DNA of 64,000 nucleotides from Parcubacteria group bacterium Gr01-1014_31 (GCA_007376135.1 VMFR01000001.1:270554-334553), one strand, 5' to 3'. Shown: positions 18,964 through 27,554, counted from the first letter of the stretch. Notes: generated by a model not told the origin, from the letters alone. Numbers and translations are program-made.

Positions 18964-19941
18964 TTATGTTTGTTTGATTAAAGGGGTTTGATTGAAAAGT
19001 CGTTGGGCGATCCGGAGCTTGGCGCTGCGGCTGCGGAAATTAGCAGCCACTTCGGCGTCACCCGGGACCACGGGCTTGCGGGTCACGACCGCGAGGTACG
19101 GCCCGCCGCAGGTACAGCGCGGCGCGTCACTGGGGCACCGGCAGGGCCGGGCATACTCGCGGAAGAACTGCTTGACGATACGGTCTTCCAGAGAGTGGTA
19201 GCTGATGACCGCGATCCGCGCCCCCGGCGGCAGGAGCGTCAGGGAGGAGTGCAGGGCGGCCTGGATATTCTCCAGTTCCTGGTTGACCGCGATACGCAGG
19301 GCTTGGAAGGTGCGGGTCGCCGGATGCCGGCGCGATGGTTTACCGTAGTGGTGGCGGTACACGCCCGCAACCACCGCGGCCAGCTGCGCCCCTTGGCGGA
19401 ACGGTTCGCGCTCGCGCAACCGGACGATGGCCGATGCGATCGGGCGCGCCAATGGCTCCTCGCCGTAGGTTCTCAAGACGTCGGCCAATTTGCCCACCGG
19501 CATGCGGTTCACCAGGTCCGCCGCGGTCGGTATCTCGGCCGTCGCATCGAAACGGAAGTCAAGACGCTCGGCGTCAAAGCCGAATCCCGCGTCCGGGGCG
19601 TCCAGCTGTAGCGACGATAGCCCCAAGTCCAACAGGCACCCGCCGCTCGGAGTGAATCCGAGCGTTCGGGCGACTTCCTCCATGGTTGTGAAATTGCCGT
19701 GCGCAACGAGCATCCGTTCCTTCATTGCGGGATCCTGAGAGATCACCTTGAGCCGCGCGACCGCGCTCGGGTCCCAGTCGATGGCCAGGACCTGTCCATC
19801 CGGCGCGGTGGCGGAAAGCAATGCCCGCGTATGCCCCCCGTTGCCGGCCGTGCCATCAATGAAATGCTTCCCGGGAGCGGCGGCCAGCCCGCTCACCACT
19901 TCCGCGACCAGCACCGGTTGATGGCCTTCAGGACGGGGCAT
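18964..19941 (-). CDS. rsmH: 16S rRNA (cytosine1402-N4)-methyltransferase
   Basis: HQPVLVAEVV..FIDGTAGNGGH..LDLGLSSLQLD motifs; internal ATG at 19939-19941 chosen (upstream 134 aa of the ORF is Arg/Gly-rich junk). Confidence 0.85.
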   Translation of the reverse strand: MPRPEGHQPVLVAEVVSGLAAAPGKHFIDGTAGNGGHTRALLSATAPDGQVLAIDWDPSAVARLKVISQDPAMKERMLVAHGNFTTMEEVARTLGFTPSGGCLLDLGLSSLQLDAPDAGFGFDAERLDFRFDATAEIPTAADLVNRMPVGKLADVLRTYGEEPLARPIASAIVRLREREPFRQGAQLAAVVAGVYRHHYGKPSRRHPATRTFQALRIAVNQELENIQAALHSSLTLLPPGARIAVISYHSLEDRIVKQFFREYARPCRCPSDAPRCTCGGPYLAVVTRKPVVPGDAEVAANFRSRSAKLRIAQRLFNQTPLIKQT

Positions 19942-20051
19942 ACCCCGTTCGACAATGGTCAAACATCGGTTTACTACCCGCCAAGAAATGAGGAGGCCAT
20001 TCGCAACTTGGGCACACTCCCCAACCGTCCATGGCCAAACGGGGCATAGCC

Positions 20052-20483
20052 CTACACTCCCAGCTCGCCCAGCGCTTCCGAAATTTCCACGCTCTTCCCT
20101 TCGGTCTGCTTCTTGTATTCGTTCCACTTGGCGGCGTCCCAGATCTCCAATCGGTTGTAGAGGCCGGCAATGACCACCTGCTTGCCCAATCCGGCGAACT
20201 GGCGCAAGTATTCGGGTACGCTGATGCGGCCCTGCCCGTCCGGGGAAACGTCCATCGCACCGGCCAGCATCAGCCGGGCGAATGCCCGCGTATTGGCCTT
20301 CGCCAAGGGCAACGCGGCCAGTTTCGCGACCAGCTTCCCCCACTCGGCCTGGGTGTAGACGAACAAACAGCTGTCCAGCCCCCGGGTAACGACCACGCCG
20401 CGCCGCAATACCGCGCGAAACTTCGCCGGCACGGCGATTCGTCCTTTTTCGTCAACGGAATGCTGGTATTCGCCGATGAACAT
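20052..20483 (-). CDS. mraZ: transcriptional regulator MraZ
   Basis: MFIGEYQHSVDEKGRIAVPAKFR duplicated MraZ domain signature; ATG at 20481-20483. Confidence 0.9.
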   Translation of the reverse strand: MFIGEYQHSVDEKGRIAVPAKFRAVLRRGVVVTRGLDSCLFVYTQAEWGKLVAKLAALPLAKANTRAFARLMLAGAMDVSPDGQGRISVPEYLRQFAGLGKQVVIAGLYNRLEIWDAAKWNEYKKQTEGKSVEISEALGELGV

Positions 20484-20524
20484 ACGCCGCTGCAATGTTG
20501 CTGAGATATCCACAAATTCGAGTC

Positions 20525-20600
20525 CTTCTCCCCACTTTTATCCACTTTTCACCACTATACCTACATTTTATACCACCACAACACCACTGTCAACCACTTT
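20525..20600 (-). promoter_or_regulatory. mraZ promoter (TTGACA/TATAAAAT on minus strand) with three 10-bp-phased GTGG[T/A/G] direct repeats (MraZ boxes) in the leader
   Basis: minus-strand reading ttgacagtggtgttgtggtggtataaaat then gtggtgaaaa gtggataaaa gtggggagaa. Confidence 0.45.
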
Positions 20601-20664
20601 CAAATAGCCAATTTTCCTCAAAATTAAGTCAAAAAAACACCATATCAGTCAAGATATGGTCCAA

Positions 20665-21655
20665 CCTGTGGATATGTGCACAGGTATCCCTTGACAACAT
20701 AATACACAGGAGTATGCTGCCAATATATGGCCAAGAGCGACAAGTACGGTATCTACGACCTGCGCAACGAGTTCCCCACGGATGACGCCTGTTTGGAATA
20801 CATTTTCCGGGTGTTACACAGCGAACGCTGCTCGTGTGGGGGCCGTTACAAACGGCTACCCGAACGGCGGCAGTGGCAATGTTCCAAATGCCGCTACCAG
20901 ATCGCCCCGACAGCGGGTACCCTCTTTGAAAAATCTGCAACACCCTTGACCAAGTGGTTTCACGCCTTATTCGTCTTTTCCAGTGCGAAAAGCGGCCTGT
21001 CGGGCAAGCAACTGGAACGGGAACTGAACGTTACCTACAAGACCGCTTGGCGAATGTTAAAACTTATCCGGGCGTCCCTCCCCAACAAAAAACACCGCCT
21101 GCTGGGCGATGTGGAGATGGACGAAACCTACTTTGGTGGGAAAGGTAACGCCGGGAAGAACAACCAGGACCTAGGCAAAGTGATGGACGATAAATCCGTT
21201 ATCCTTGGCGCGGTGGAGCGCGACGGGGAAATCCGGGCAGAAGTGGCCCCGAACGCCAAGGCGGCGACCATCGGACAATTCCTCCATACCAACGTGGAGA
21301 GGGTCAAAACGCGCCTGCTGACCGATGAGAGCAACCGCTACGACTTGGTAGCCAAGCGGTACCACCGCCAGAGCGTCAACCACTCACAACAGGAGTACGT
21401 GCGGGACGACGTACATACCAACACCATTGAGGGGTTCTGGTCGCACGTGAAGCGCAGCATCTCCGGCACCCACAAGGCCGTATCTAGGCGGTATCTCCAG
21501 TCTTACCTGGATGGCTTCGTCTGGCACTATAACAACCGGCACAGCGACAGGGACCGTTTTTCCGCCTTGCTTTACGGCCTGTTGCGATGACGTGGCGCAG
21601 GGCCTCGTGGAACTTGATTTTTTTACCCGATTGTTCCATACTGTGTAACAATACC
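20665..21655 (+). mobile_element. IS1595-family insertion sequence (boundaries approximate)
   Basis: single transposase ORF; imperfect terminal inverted repeats cctgtggatatgtgcacaggtatccc (20665-20690) vs ccatactgtgtaacaatacc (21636-21655); AT-rich relative to surroundings. Confidence 0.45.
20727..21590 (+). CDS. IS1595-family transposase (ISXO2-like DDE domain with N-terminal zinc ribbon)
   Basis: N-terminal CxxC...CxxC zinc ribbon (CSCGG...CSKC), conserved TDESNRY and NTIEGFWSHVKR motifs. Confidence 0.85.
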   Translation: MAKSDKYGIYDLRNEFPTDDACLEYIFRVLHSERCSCGGRYKRLPERRQWQCSKCRYQIAPTAGTLFEKSATPLTKWFHALFVFSSAKSGLSGKQLERELNVTYKTAWRMLKLIRASLPNKKHRLLGDVEMDETYFGGKGNAGKNNQDLGKVMDDKSVILGAVERDGEIRAEVAPNAKAATIGQFLHTNVERVKTRLLTDESNRYDLVAKRYHRQSVNHSQQEYVRDDVHTNTIEGFWSHVKRSISGTHKAVSRRYLQSYLDGFVWHYNNRHSDRDRFSALLYGLLR

Positions 21656-21659
21656 TCTC

Positions 21660-21689
21660 TTGACAGCAACCTTCAAGGTCTGGTACGAT
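21660..21689 (+). promoter_or_regulatory. sigma70-like promoter (TTGACA-18-TACGAT) abutting the IS right end, driving the downstream non-coding unit
   Basis: ttgaca at 21660-21665, tacgat at 21684-21689. Confidence 0.45.
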
Positions 21690-21695
21690 GATCGT

Positions 21696-22312
21696 GCTAC
21701 AAAATTGAATAAAAATCTCCGTAAACTTGCAACGGAGGGCCAGCAGCGCTGCTTGCGCACGAACAACCGCAAAGGTCAGTGCTCGAAGGGGAAGACCGCA
21801 AGGTCAACCCAACGAGCCGCAAGTCCGTTGGGTATCTACGAAAATAGTACCCGACGAGCGCTGGCCCTTGAGGTTGTTTTTTATAACGCAGCTTTACGGT
21901 CTAAGTCTGCACGCCAGCAGCTGGTGGTGCGCAGATCGGACCGTTAAGTCCGAGGGTCGCTTCGCCCGTCGCTCAAAGGTCGTTCTGGCAGTACATCCAG
22001 AGAGTGAAAAGAAGCAGAAATTAATGTACGGCCTGTGCCATACATTATTTACCAAGTCGGACGCGACGCTGAAACCGGTGAATTCCTCACCGTGGAAGAG
22101 GCGCGACGCCGACCAAGCACTGCGGTAGTGGAGACTATCCGCCGAAAGGTGTGATAGCATACCACTTCCCGCAAGTACCGTATCGGAGACCTACGTTTCC
22201 GGTAATCACAAAAGCCGCTGATTAAAGCGGCTCGGTGATCCAACTACTAACGATAGTTGGCGGTTTGTACAGCGATTTCCCCGTTCTCACGAACGGGGAT
22301 TTCGTTTTATTT
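21696..22312 (+). ncRNA. candidate ~600-nt non-coding RNA of unknown class (promoter to intrinsic terminator, no credible ORF)
   Basis: bounded by promoter 21660-21689 and terminator 22277-22312; contains four CCGCAAG(G)T repeats and multiple hairpins; moderate GC unlike flanking low-GC genes. Confidence 0.3.
22277..22312 (+). terminator. intrinsic terminator
   Basis: tccccgttc-tcac-gaacgggga hairpin + tttcgttttatttgg. Confidence 0.6.
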
Positions 22313-22357
22313 GGAATGTTGAGGGTAGCACCGCCTTAAATCCTTGTCAAGTGATTA

Positions 22358-22774
22358 CTAACCACCTAAATTCTCAATAATTCTTCTAAGTTTTGGCAAA
22401 ATTGCACCGGGGGGAGCACTCAATATTTCGCGCTTAATATTCTGCAGATCAGCATCGCATAAAGATCGGAGCATTTCGTAACCTTGTAAGGATGTCTCAT
22501 CATGATCTGTGTGGTGCAACATCGCTATACGTTCACGAAATTGTTCTGTGGTCAATCTGGTATATAGATAGACTGGAGAGTTCACATTTCTTGACGTACT
22601 TTGGGTTGGGGGCTGTGTCGAACGCCATTCATCTAGTCTTATGACTTGCCGTGAGGTTGCAACGTCCGGAATACATGCCAAAAAAATTATCCTTTCTTCC
22701 GGAACTGACCCTAAAAAAACATAGTCATTCTCTCCTTCGGTATCAGTTAGCCTAATTACGTTCCCGAATACCAT
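22358..22774 (-). CDS. hypothetical 138-aa protein, candidate toxin partner of the Panacea-domain antitoxin (possible HEPN-like Rx4H: RIAMLHH)
   Basis: ATG 2 nt downstream of the Panacea gene stop (translational coupling); low GC; no recognisable domain. Confidence 0.5.
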   Translation of the reverse strand: MVFGNVIRLTDTEGENDYVFLGSVPEERIIFLACIPDVATSRQVIRLDEWRSTQPPTQSTSRNVNSPVYLYTRLTTEQFRERIAMLHHTDHDETSLQGYEMLRSLCDADLQNIKREILSAPPGAILPKLRRIIENLGG

Positions 22775-22776
22775 AT

Positions 22777-23316
22777 CTACTTTAGGCTGACCAAAATTTT
22801 TATTTCTTCCTCAGTTATTTTACTATCATTATCAAGGGCGGCTAGAGAATAGGGTATTTCAGTTGGTTCTTTAGTATTAATCCATGCACTTTCACCATGA
22901 GATGCCTCGACGATATATTTTGTGTTTTTGTCGCTGAATCTCTGGCATACGTCCTTGAGAGTTTGCAATTCCCTCTCGGTGAAATATTCGTTATCACTTG
23001 CAGTGAACGGTTTCAGGCAGATAATTTTCTGAAAATTTCTACCATCAACAAACCTCACCGAAATCGTATCGGAGAGTAACGCTGTTTCCGGCTCATCTAT
23101 TACGCTATTAACAAGATTGAGAATATTTGATGGAACGGGGCCGCGCTCCAAATGAACATATCTATCGTAGGTAATTGGGACACCAAATTTTTTAACGTGT
23201 GTAAAATCAGCAAAATAAAAAAGTTTCATCAACTTCGTTTTTCCTAACAGATTAGGATCTGTATTGCTACAGAAAAACCTAATCATCGCCTTCAATTTTG
23301 TCCTTGGAATTCTCAT
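22777..23316 (-). CDS. Panacea-domain (DUF4065, SocA/GepA-like) putative antitoxin
   Basis: KLMKLFYFADFTHVKKFGVPITYDRYVHLERGPV matches the Panacea/DUF4065 core (KLxKLLYFAD...G.P....Y....GPV); GGGGG SD before ATG at 23314-23316; low GC. Confidence 0.7.
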   Translation of the reverse strand: MRIPRTKLKAMIRFFCSNTDPNLLGKTKLMKLFYFADFTHVKKFGVPITYDRYVHLERGPVPSNILNLVNSVIDEPETALLSDTISVRFVDGRNFQKIICLKPFTASDNEYFTERELQTLKDVCQRFSDKNTKYIVEASHGESAWINTKEPTEIPYSLAALDNDSKITEEEIKILVSLK

Positions 23317-23489
23317 TGGCACCCCCAACCACTAACAGGATAACACGATAATATTCTTTCTCCTAATAATACGACGACTTTAAGGCATTAATTCTATCAT
23401 AAATCCAATACAGTGTCAATATCTATGCATCTTAGTCATTTATTTCACTATTCTCCGCTCAACCCAGCAAAACAAAGTATGTTCGGGGG

Positions 23490-23518
23490 GGATATGGGCG
23501 GATATGTGCGGATATGTG
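23490..23518. repeat. tandem direct repeat, 3 copies of GGATATG[G/T]GC
   Basis: ggatatgggc ggatatgtgc ggatatgtg; same 10-mer as in the IS left inverted repeat (20669-20678). Confidence 0.6.
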
Positions 23519-23542
23519 AAAAAAAGTGGCGGCAGCCACTTT
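23518..23542 (-). terminator. intrinsic terminator for tsaB operon (minus strand)
   Basis: agtggc-ggca-gccact hairpin with A-run on plus strand (T-run on minus). Confidence 0.5.
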
Positions 23543-23569
23543 CTCGTCATCCGTTCTCGGGCGTGGCTC

Positions 23570-23947
23570 TCAGCGCTTTACGGTCACCTGCGGCTCGGAA
23601 AGATAGCGCGGATGGACCCAGGTAATGGCACGAGCGCGTTTTCCGGCCTGCGCGACAACCTCTCGGAGTGTTACCGACCGCACCGGCACCCCCCAAGCGT
23701 AGCTCAGGGCGTTACCGGCAACCGCGCCGGCGCGCAGTTGGGTGAACCCGGCGTGGCCGAGCGGGTCCTCAACCACGGTCACCACTTCGGGAACAGCGCG
23801 GCCGCGCAGCAAAGCGGCGACCAGTGGCAGTATGCGCTCCGTCCCGTGGAATGGCGTTGCCGCCGTCGCCCGAGCGATGACCCGACGGCCATCGAGCAGC
23901 AATGCGGTGACGCGCTGCGGAACGGTCGTATCAAGACGCAGTTCCAT
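23570..23947 (-). CDS. tsaB: tRNA threonylcarbamoyladenosine biosynthesis protein TsaB (short form)
   Basis: N-terminal ELRLDTT..LALLLDGRRV and FTQLRAGAVAGNALSYAWGVPV match YeaZ/TsaB N-domain; 125 aa truncated form. Confidence 0.65.
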   Translation of the reverse strand: MELRLDTTVPQRVTALLLDGRRVIARATAATPFHGTERILPLVAALLRGRAVPEVVTVVEDPLGHAGFTQLRAGAVAGNALSYAWGVPVRSVTLREVVAQAGKRARAITWVHPRYLSEPQVTVKR

Positions 23948-23958
23948 GCGTACCTCAG

Positions 23959-24591
23959 CTAGCGGATGCCATGGCGCAACCGGTCGATGACCACGATCTT
24001 TTTGTTCTCCAGGATGGTGTAGAGGAACTTGTCGGTGATGTTGTGGCGGTAGCGGAACTCAGCGACGGTCATCACTGTGTAGTTGATGGGGTGATCAAGC
24101 TCGCGCTCGAACTGCCCCATCAGGCGCGCCAAACGCTTGCGGTTGACGGTCCCGACCAGCAGCAGATCGGTACTAAAACCTTCCAGGCCGACGAACATCC
24201 CGGTCAGCACCAACAGCTGGACGGACGCGATGTTCTTGATCCGCTCAATGAGCTTCTGCTCCACGAGCAACTGCGCCTTGACCAGCAACGCCTTGAGCTC
24301 CGGATACAGAAGGAAGCTGGAATTGGCGAGGTAGAATTTCTTCAACTGCTTGCGCACCCGGACCTTGCGCGCCGGCTTGGCTGCCTCCTTGCTGCCGGGA
24401 AGCACGCTGGGCGACAGCATCGGACTGATAATGCCGATGCTTTCAAGGTTGGCGACCTCCCGCCGAACCGAATTCAGCTGGACGTGGATCGCCCGCGCCA
24501 GTTCGCGCAGGTAGTAGGGCTGCTCCGGGTTATTCAAAAACCGCTGCAACAGTTTAACACGGGTGGTTGAACCAAATAAGTGTTCAAGCAT
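23959..24591 (-). CDS. winged-helix DNA-binding protein with uncharacterised C-terminal domain
   Basis: N-terminal wHTH (STTRVKLLQRFLNNPEQPYYLRELARAIHVQLNSVRREVANLESIGII); internal ATG at 24589-24591 chosen, upstream part of ORF is antisense junk. Confidence 0.5.
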   Translation of the reverse strand: MLEHLFGSTTRVKLLQRFLNNPEQPYYLRELARAIHVQLNSVRREVANLESIGIISPMLSPSVLPGSKEAAKPARKVRVRKQLKKFYLANSSFLLYPELKALLVKAQLLVEQKLIERIKNIASVQLLVLTGMFVGLEGFSTDLLLVGTVNRKRLARLMGQFERELDHPINYTVMTVAEFRYRHNITDKFLYTILENKKIVVIDRLRHGIR

Positions 24592-24663
24592 AAGGATTGG
24601 CCTGACCGCGAACGGCGAATATAGTATACTATAGCCATTCCCCAACCGACAAACCCCCCATCC

Positions 24664-26898
24664 ATGGACCGCTACCTCGCCAAGATCACCACCCTGCAGG
24701 TGGACCCCGCCCACGGGGGTTCCGCCGGCAAAGTATTCGTCGGCAAACCAACGCTCGAGAAAGAAATTGCTGCGGGCAAGCTTTTCGGTTTTGCCGAGCT
24801 GACCGGAGCGCAACCCGAAGGCACGAGCCTCGTGGACCAATTGCTGGATGAAGCGAAGGACGAGCTCTACCAGACCGGAGCGATACGCCGCGCCGGCGGA
24901 CTCACCCCTGCCGCTGACCTGGAGGAACGCTTTGGACAGGTGCTCCAACACGTCAACGGCGCGGTGGCGACCTTTCTGGAAACCCACCGCACCGGCACGG
25001 ATTTCCAACAAAGTTCCATACTGTTGGGCAACATCCGCCAGCAGCAACTGGTCATTTCCACGGTCGGCCGCGTGACCGGTTACCTGTTCCATTACCGGCC
25101 GACGCACGACTACCAGACGGTGACCATCACCGAACCGACGCCCGGGGTTTCGGTCAACCCGTTGCGGCTGTTCACGCAGACCATCGCGGGCAGCCTGGGC
25201 CCGCTGGACACCGCCATGTTCTGCTCCGACGGACTGCTCGACTACCTGTCGCTCCATACGCTGAAAACCACCGTGACTGGCAACGCCGGCCCGGATGCCG
25301 TGCGCCAGCTCAAGACCGCGCTTTTGCGCGCGCGGCCCAAAACTCCGGCGGTGGCCATCATTATCAGCCTGGTATTGCATCGGCCCGCGCCGCTCCCGCT
25401 GAGTCTGAAAAATTTTGACTACCTGGGCGCCGCATCGCGCGATTCCATGCGGACGCTCGCCCACACCCAGCGGCAAACCAGCCGCGTGCTGACCCCCCGT
25501 CTGCTGCCGGACGTGCAGAAATTCTGGCACTGGCTGCAGGAAACCGGCCAGCGCTACCGCCAGCGCGTCCACGACCGCCGTCCATCGCGCCCTGCTCCCA
25601 ACGCGCCGGTGCTCCCCGTTCCCCCGCCGACCCCGCCGCCGCGCCCATCCCATTCGGCACTACGGAAGGTTTCCGCCTTCACGGCAACCACCACGCGGCG
25701 CGCATTCACTCATCCGGTGGTCAAAACCGCCGGGGCGATGGTCGCGACGCTGGCGGCAAACATTTGGCGCCGCTACCGGTCGTGGTCATGGAAGCGGCAG
25801 CTGGCCGTAGCCGGCAGCCTGGTGTTGGCCGTCCTGCTGGTCTGGAACCTGGCAACGCTCTCCGGCCGGCGGGCCGTAACCGCCCGCGAGAAGGCGTTCG
25901 CGACCGTGCTGGCGCAAGCGGAGCGCCTGCGCGACGCCGCGCAGGCTTCCCTGATCTACCAGGACGAAACGGGTGCGCGCGAACGGCTCAACGAAGGCCT
26001 GCGCATCCTGGACCAGCTGCCGGAAACATATGCGGCGCACCCGACGGTCGTGCGAACGCGGCGCGAGCTGAACACCAAGCTCAATGAGCTGCGCCATGAA
26101 GTGGTCATTGCCGACCCGCTGCAGCTGGCAAATTTCAACAACCTGGATGACGACGCGCGCGCTGCGCCGACCATGGTGCGCCTGGGAGAGCGTCTCTATG
26201 CCCAAAATGCGCGGTCAAAGGTCTTTTTTACCCTTAACTTGGGCAACCGCTCCATCGCCGAGATCCAACCGTCCACCGCCCTTGAGGGCACGCTGAATTC
26301 GGCGACGGCCCTGTCGCGGACCGCAGCGGTGCTTCTGGACGATGACGGCCGCGTCCTGCGCCTCGACGGCACCGACCAGATCCGGCCGCTCCCGCTCACG
26401 CTCCCGGGCGGTAACGCCGTCGCGGTCGCCAGTTTCCGCGAGCGGCTGTACCTGCTATCCGCGGTGTCGGGCACCATCTTCCGGGCCGATCCGGCGGGCG
26501 GAGGATTCGGCGCCCCGCGCAACTGGATCGCCGACCCGAGCGTCGACCTGCGCACCGCCACCGACCTGACGCTGGACGGCGACCTGTATGTGCTGCTGCG
26601 CGACGGCGGCATCGTCAAGCTCAACCAGGGCCGCCCCGTAACGTTTGACCTGCAGCCCATCGATCCGCCGCTCTCCGGACCGACCAAGATAAAAACGTCT
26701 GAAGCGTCGGCCTACCTATACCTGCTGGACCCGCCGACGAAGCGCATCGTGGTCGTCGGCAAGGACGGCAAGCTCGCGCGGCAGTACCGTTCGGCAGCGT
26801 TCGACGAGCTGCGCGACATCGTTGTGGACGAAGCGGCAAAAACCATCTACGTGCTGAATGGTGCCCGCCTCTACGGCGTGCCGATGGAACACCTGTAG
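24664..26898 (+). CDS. large hypothetical protein (744 aa): N-terminal domain, Pro-rich linker, single TM, C-terminal beta-rich repeat domain
   Basis: Pro-rich PVLPVPPPTPPPRP linker, TM LAVAGSLVLAVLLVWNLATL, C-terminal repeated LDGDLYVLL/TIYVLNG segments. Confidence 0.55.
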   Translation: MDRYLAKITTLQVDPAHGGSAGKVFVGKPTLEKEIAAGKLFGFAELTGAQPEGTSLVDQLLDEAKDELYQTGAIRRAGGLTPAADLEERFGQVLQHVNGAVATFLETHRTGTDFQQSSILLGNIRQQQLVISTVGRVTGYLFHYRPTHDYQTVTITEPTPGVSVNPLRLFTQTIAGSLGPLDTAMFCSDGLLDYLSLHTLKTTVTGNAGPDAVRQLKTALLRARPKTPAVAIIISLVLHRPAPLPLSLKNFDYLGAASRDSMRTLAHTQRQTSRVLTPRLLPDVQKFWHWLQETGQRYRQRVHDRRPSRPAPNAPVLPVPPPTPPPRPSHSALRKVSAFTATTTRRAFTHPVVKTAGAMVATLAANIWRRYRSWSWKRQLAVAGSLVLAVLLVWNLATLSGRRAVTAREKAFATVLAQAERLRDAAQASLIYQDETGARERLNEGLRILDQLPETYAAHPTVVRTRRELNTKLNELRHEVVIADPLQLANFNNLDDDARAAPTMVRLGERLYAQNARSKVFFTLNLGNRSIAEIQPSTALEGTLNSATALSRTAAVLLDDDGRVLRLDGTDQIRPLPLTLPGGNAVAVASFRERLYLLSAVSGTIFRADPAGGGFGAPRNWIADPSVDLRTATDLTLDGDLYVLLRDGGIVKLNQGRPVTFDLQPIDPPLSGPTKIKTSEASAYLYLLDPPTKRIVVVGKDGKLARQYRSAAFDELRDIVVDEAAKTIYVLNGARLYGVPMEHL

Positions 26899-26918
26899 CC
26901 ATCCTCGACCGCACCGCA

Positions 26919-26948
26919 GCGGGCCGCATGGTCAGCCCGCTTTTTTTG
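26919..26948 (+). terminator. intrinsic terminator
   Basis: gcgggc-cgcatggtca-gcccgc + T8. Confidence 0.6.
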
Positions 26949-26966
26949 GCGCAGAGAATCACTGAC

Positions 26967-26995
26967 TTGACATTTTCCGTTATTTCCAGTAGAGT
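26967..26995 (+). promoter_or_regulatory. sigma70-like promoter TTGACA-17-TAGAGT
   Basis: ttgaca 26967-26972, tagagt 26990-26995. Confidence 0.4.
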
Positions 26996-27045
26996 CAAGC
27001 CTACGTTTTTAGTTGTTTCGAAGGCCCTTTTCCAAGGAGGACAAC

Positions 27046-27510
27046 GTGTCCAAACCCAACGACCGCGGCCTGTTCGCGGAACTCACCGCCAGGATGGCGG
27101 ACGTCAACCTCGGCGACCTGGACGAGCCCACCGACGAGGTGCAGGACGACGACGAGGTCGTCGGCGTGCTCACGGACGAGCTCAAGCGCCTGTACGCGCT
27201 GAGGTCGCAGGAGATCGACCGATACGGTAACCTCAGCGTCAAGAACATGCGCAAGACTGCCGACCTGATGGAGAGCAAACCATCACCCGATGAGATGAGG
27301 GCTGCACTCGAAGGCCTCGCCCAGGAGAAGCTGGCCCACAAAATCCGCTACAATATCGTGGACGCGCTCTTCAAGGCAGCATTGCGGCTTGAATTCCCTG
27401 CACTGGCCGACAAGAAAGCCGCCCTACGCGAAGGATGGCAGGTGGCCGCACACCACGACCGTTCCGGCGAACTGCCTTTGACACTACTCGTGGGACTCCT
27501 CTCCTGCTGA
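27046..27510 (+). CDS. hypothetical protein
   Basis: GTG start 6 nt after AAGGAGG; acidic N-terminus; terminator follows. Confidence 0.5.
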   Translation: MSKPNDRGLFAELTARMADVNLGDLDEPTDEVQDDDEVVGVLTDELKRLYALRSQEIDRYGNLSVKNMRKTADLMESKPSPDEMRAALEGLAQEKLAHKIRYNIVDALFKAALRLEFPALADKKAALREGWQVAAHHDRSGELPLTLLVGLLSC

Positions 27511-27554
27511 ACGCTCGTCGCGTTCTCCCACCTCATTGTTCTCTCTACCGACGG

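Noticed and set aside
19942-20343. 134-codon N-terminal extension of the rsmH ORF
   Set aside because: Extension is low-complexity Arg/Gly-rich; RsmH homology begins at the internal ATG (19939-19941).
21696-22312. tmRNA or RNase P RNA identity for the orphan RNA unit
   Set aside because: No tag-peptide reading frame ending in a typical ALAA-like stop, no GGGG 5' end or T-arm/CCA 3' end for tmRNA; only weak resemblance to RNase P P4/J11-12 strings (AAGTCCG, GCTGAAACCGGTG...GGAAGAGGCGCGAC) without a consistent P4 pairing partner.
24592-25653. N-terminal 354-aa extension of minus ORF 23959..25653
   Set aside because: Overlaps and is antisense to the plus-strand 744-aa gene; composition is junk-like; the real product is the 210-aa wHTH protein starting at 24591.
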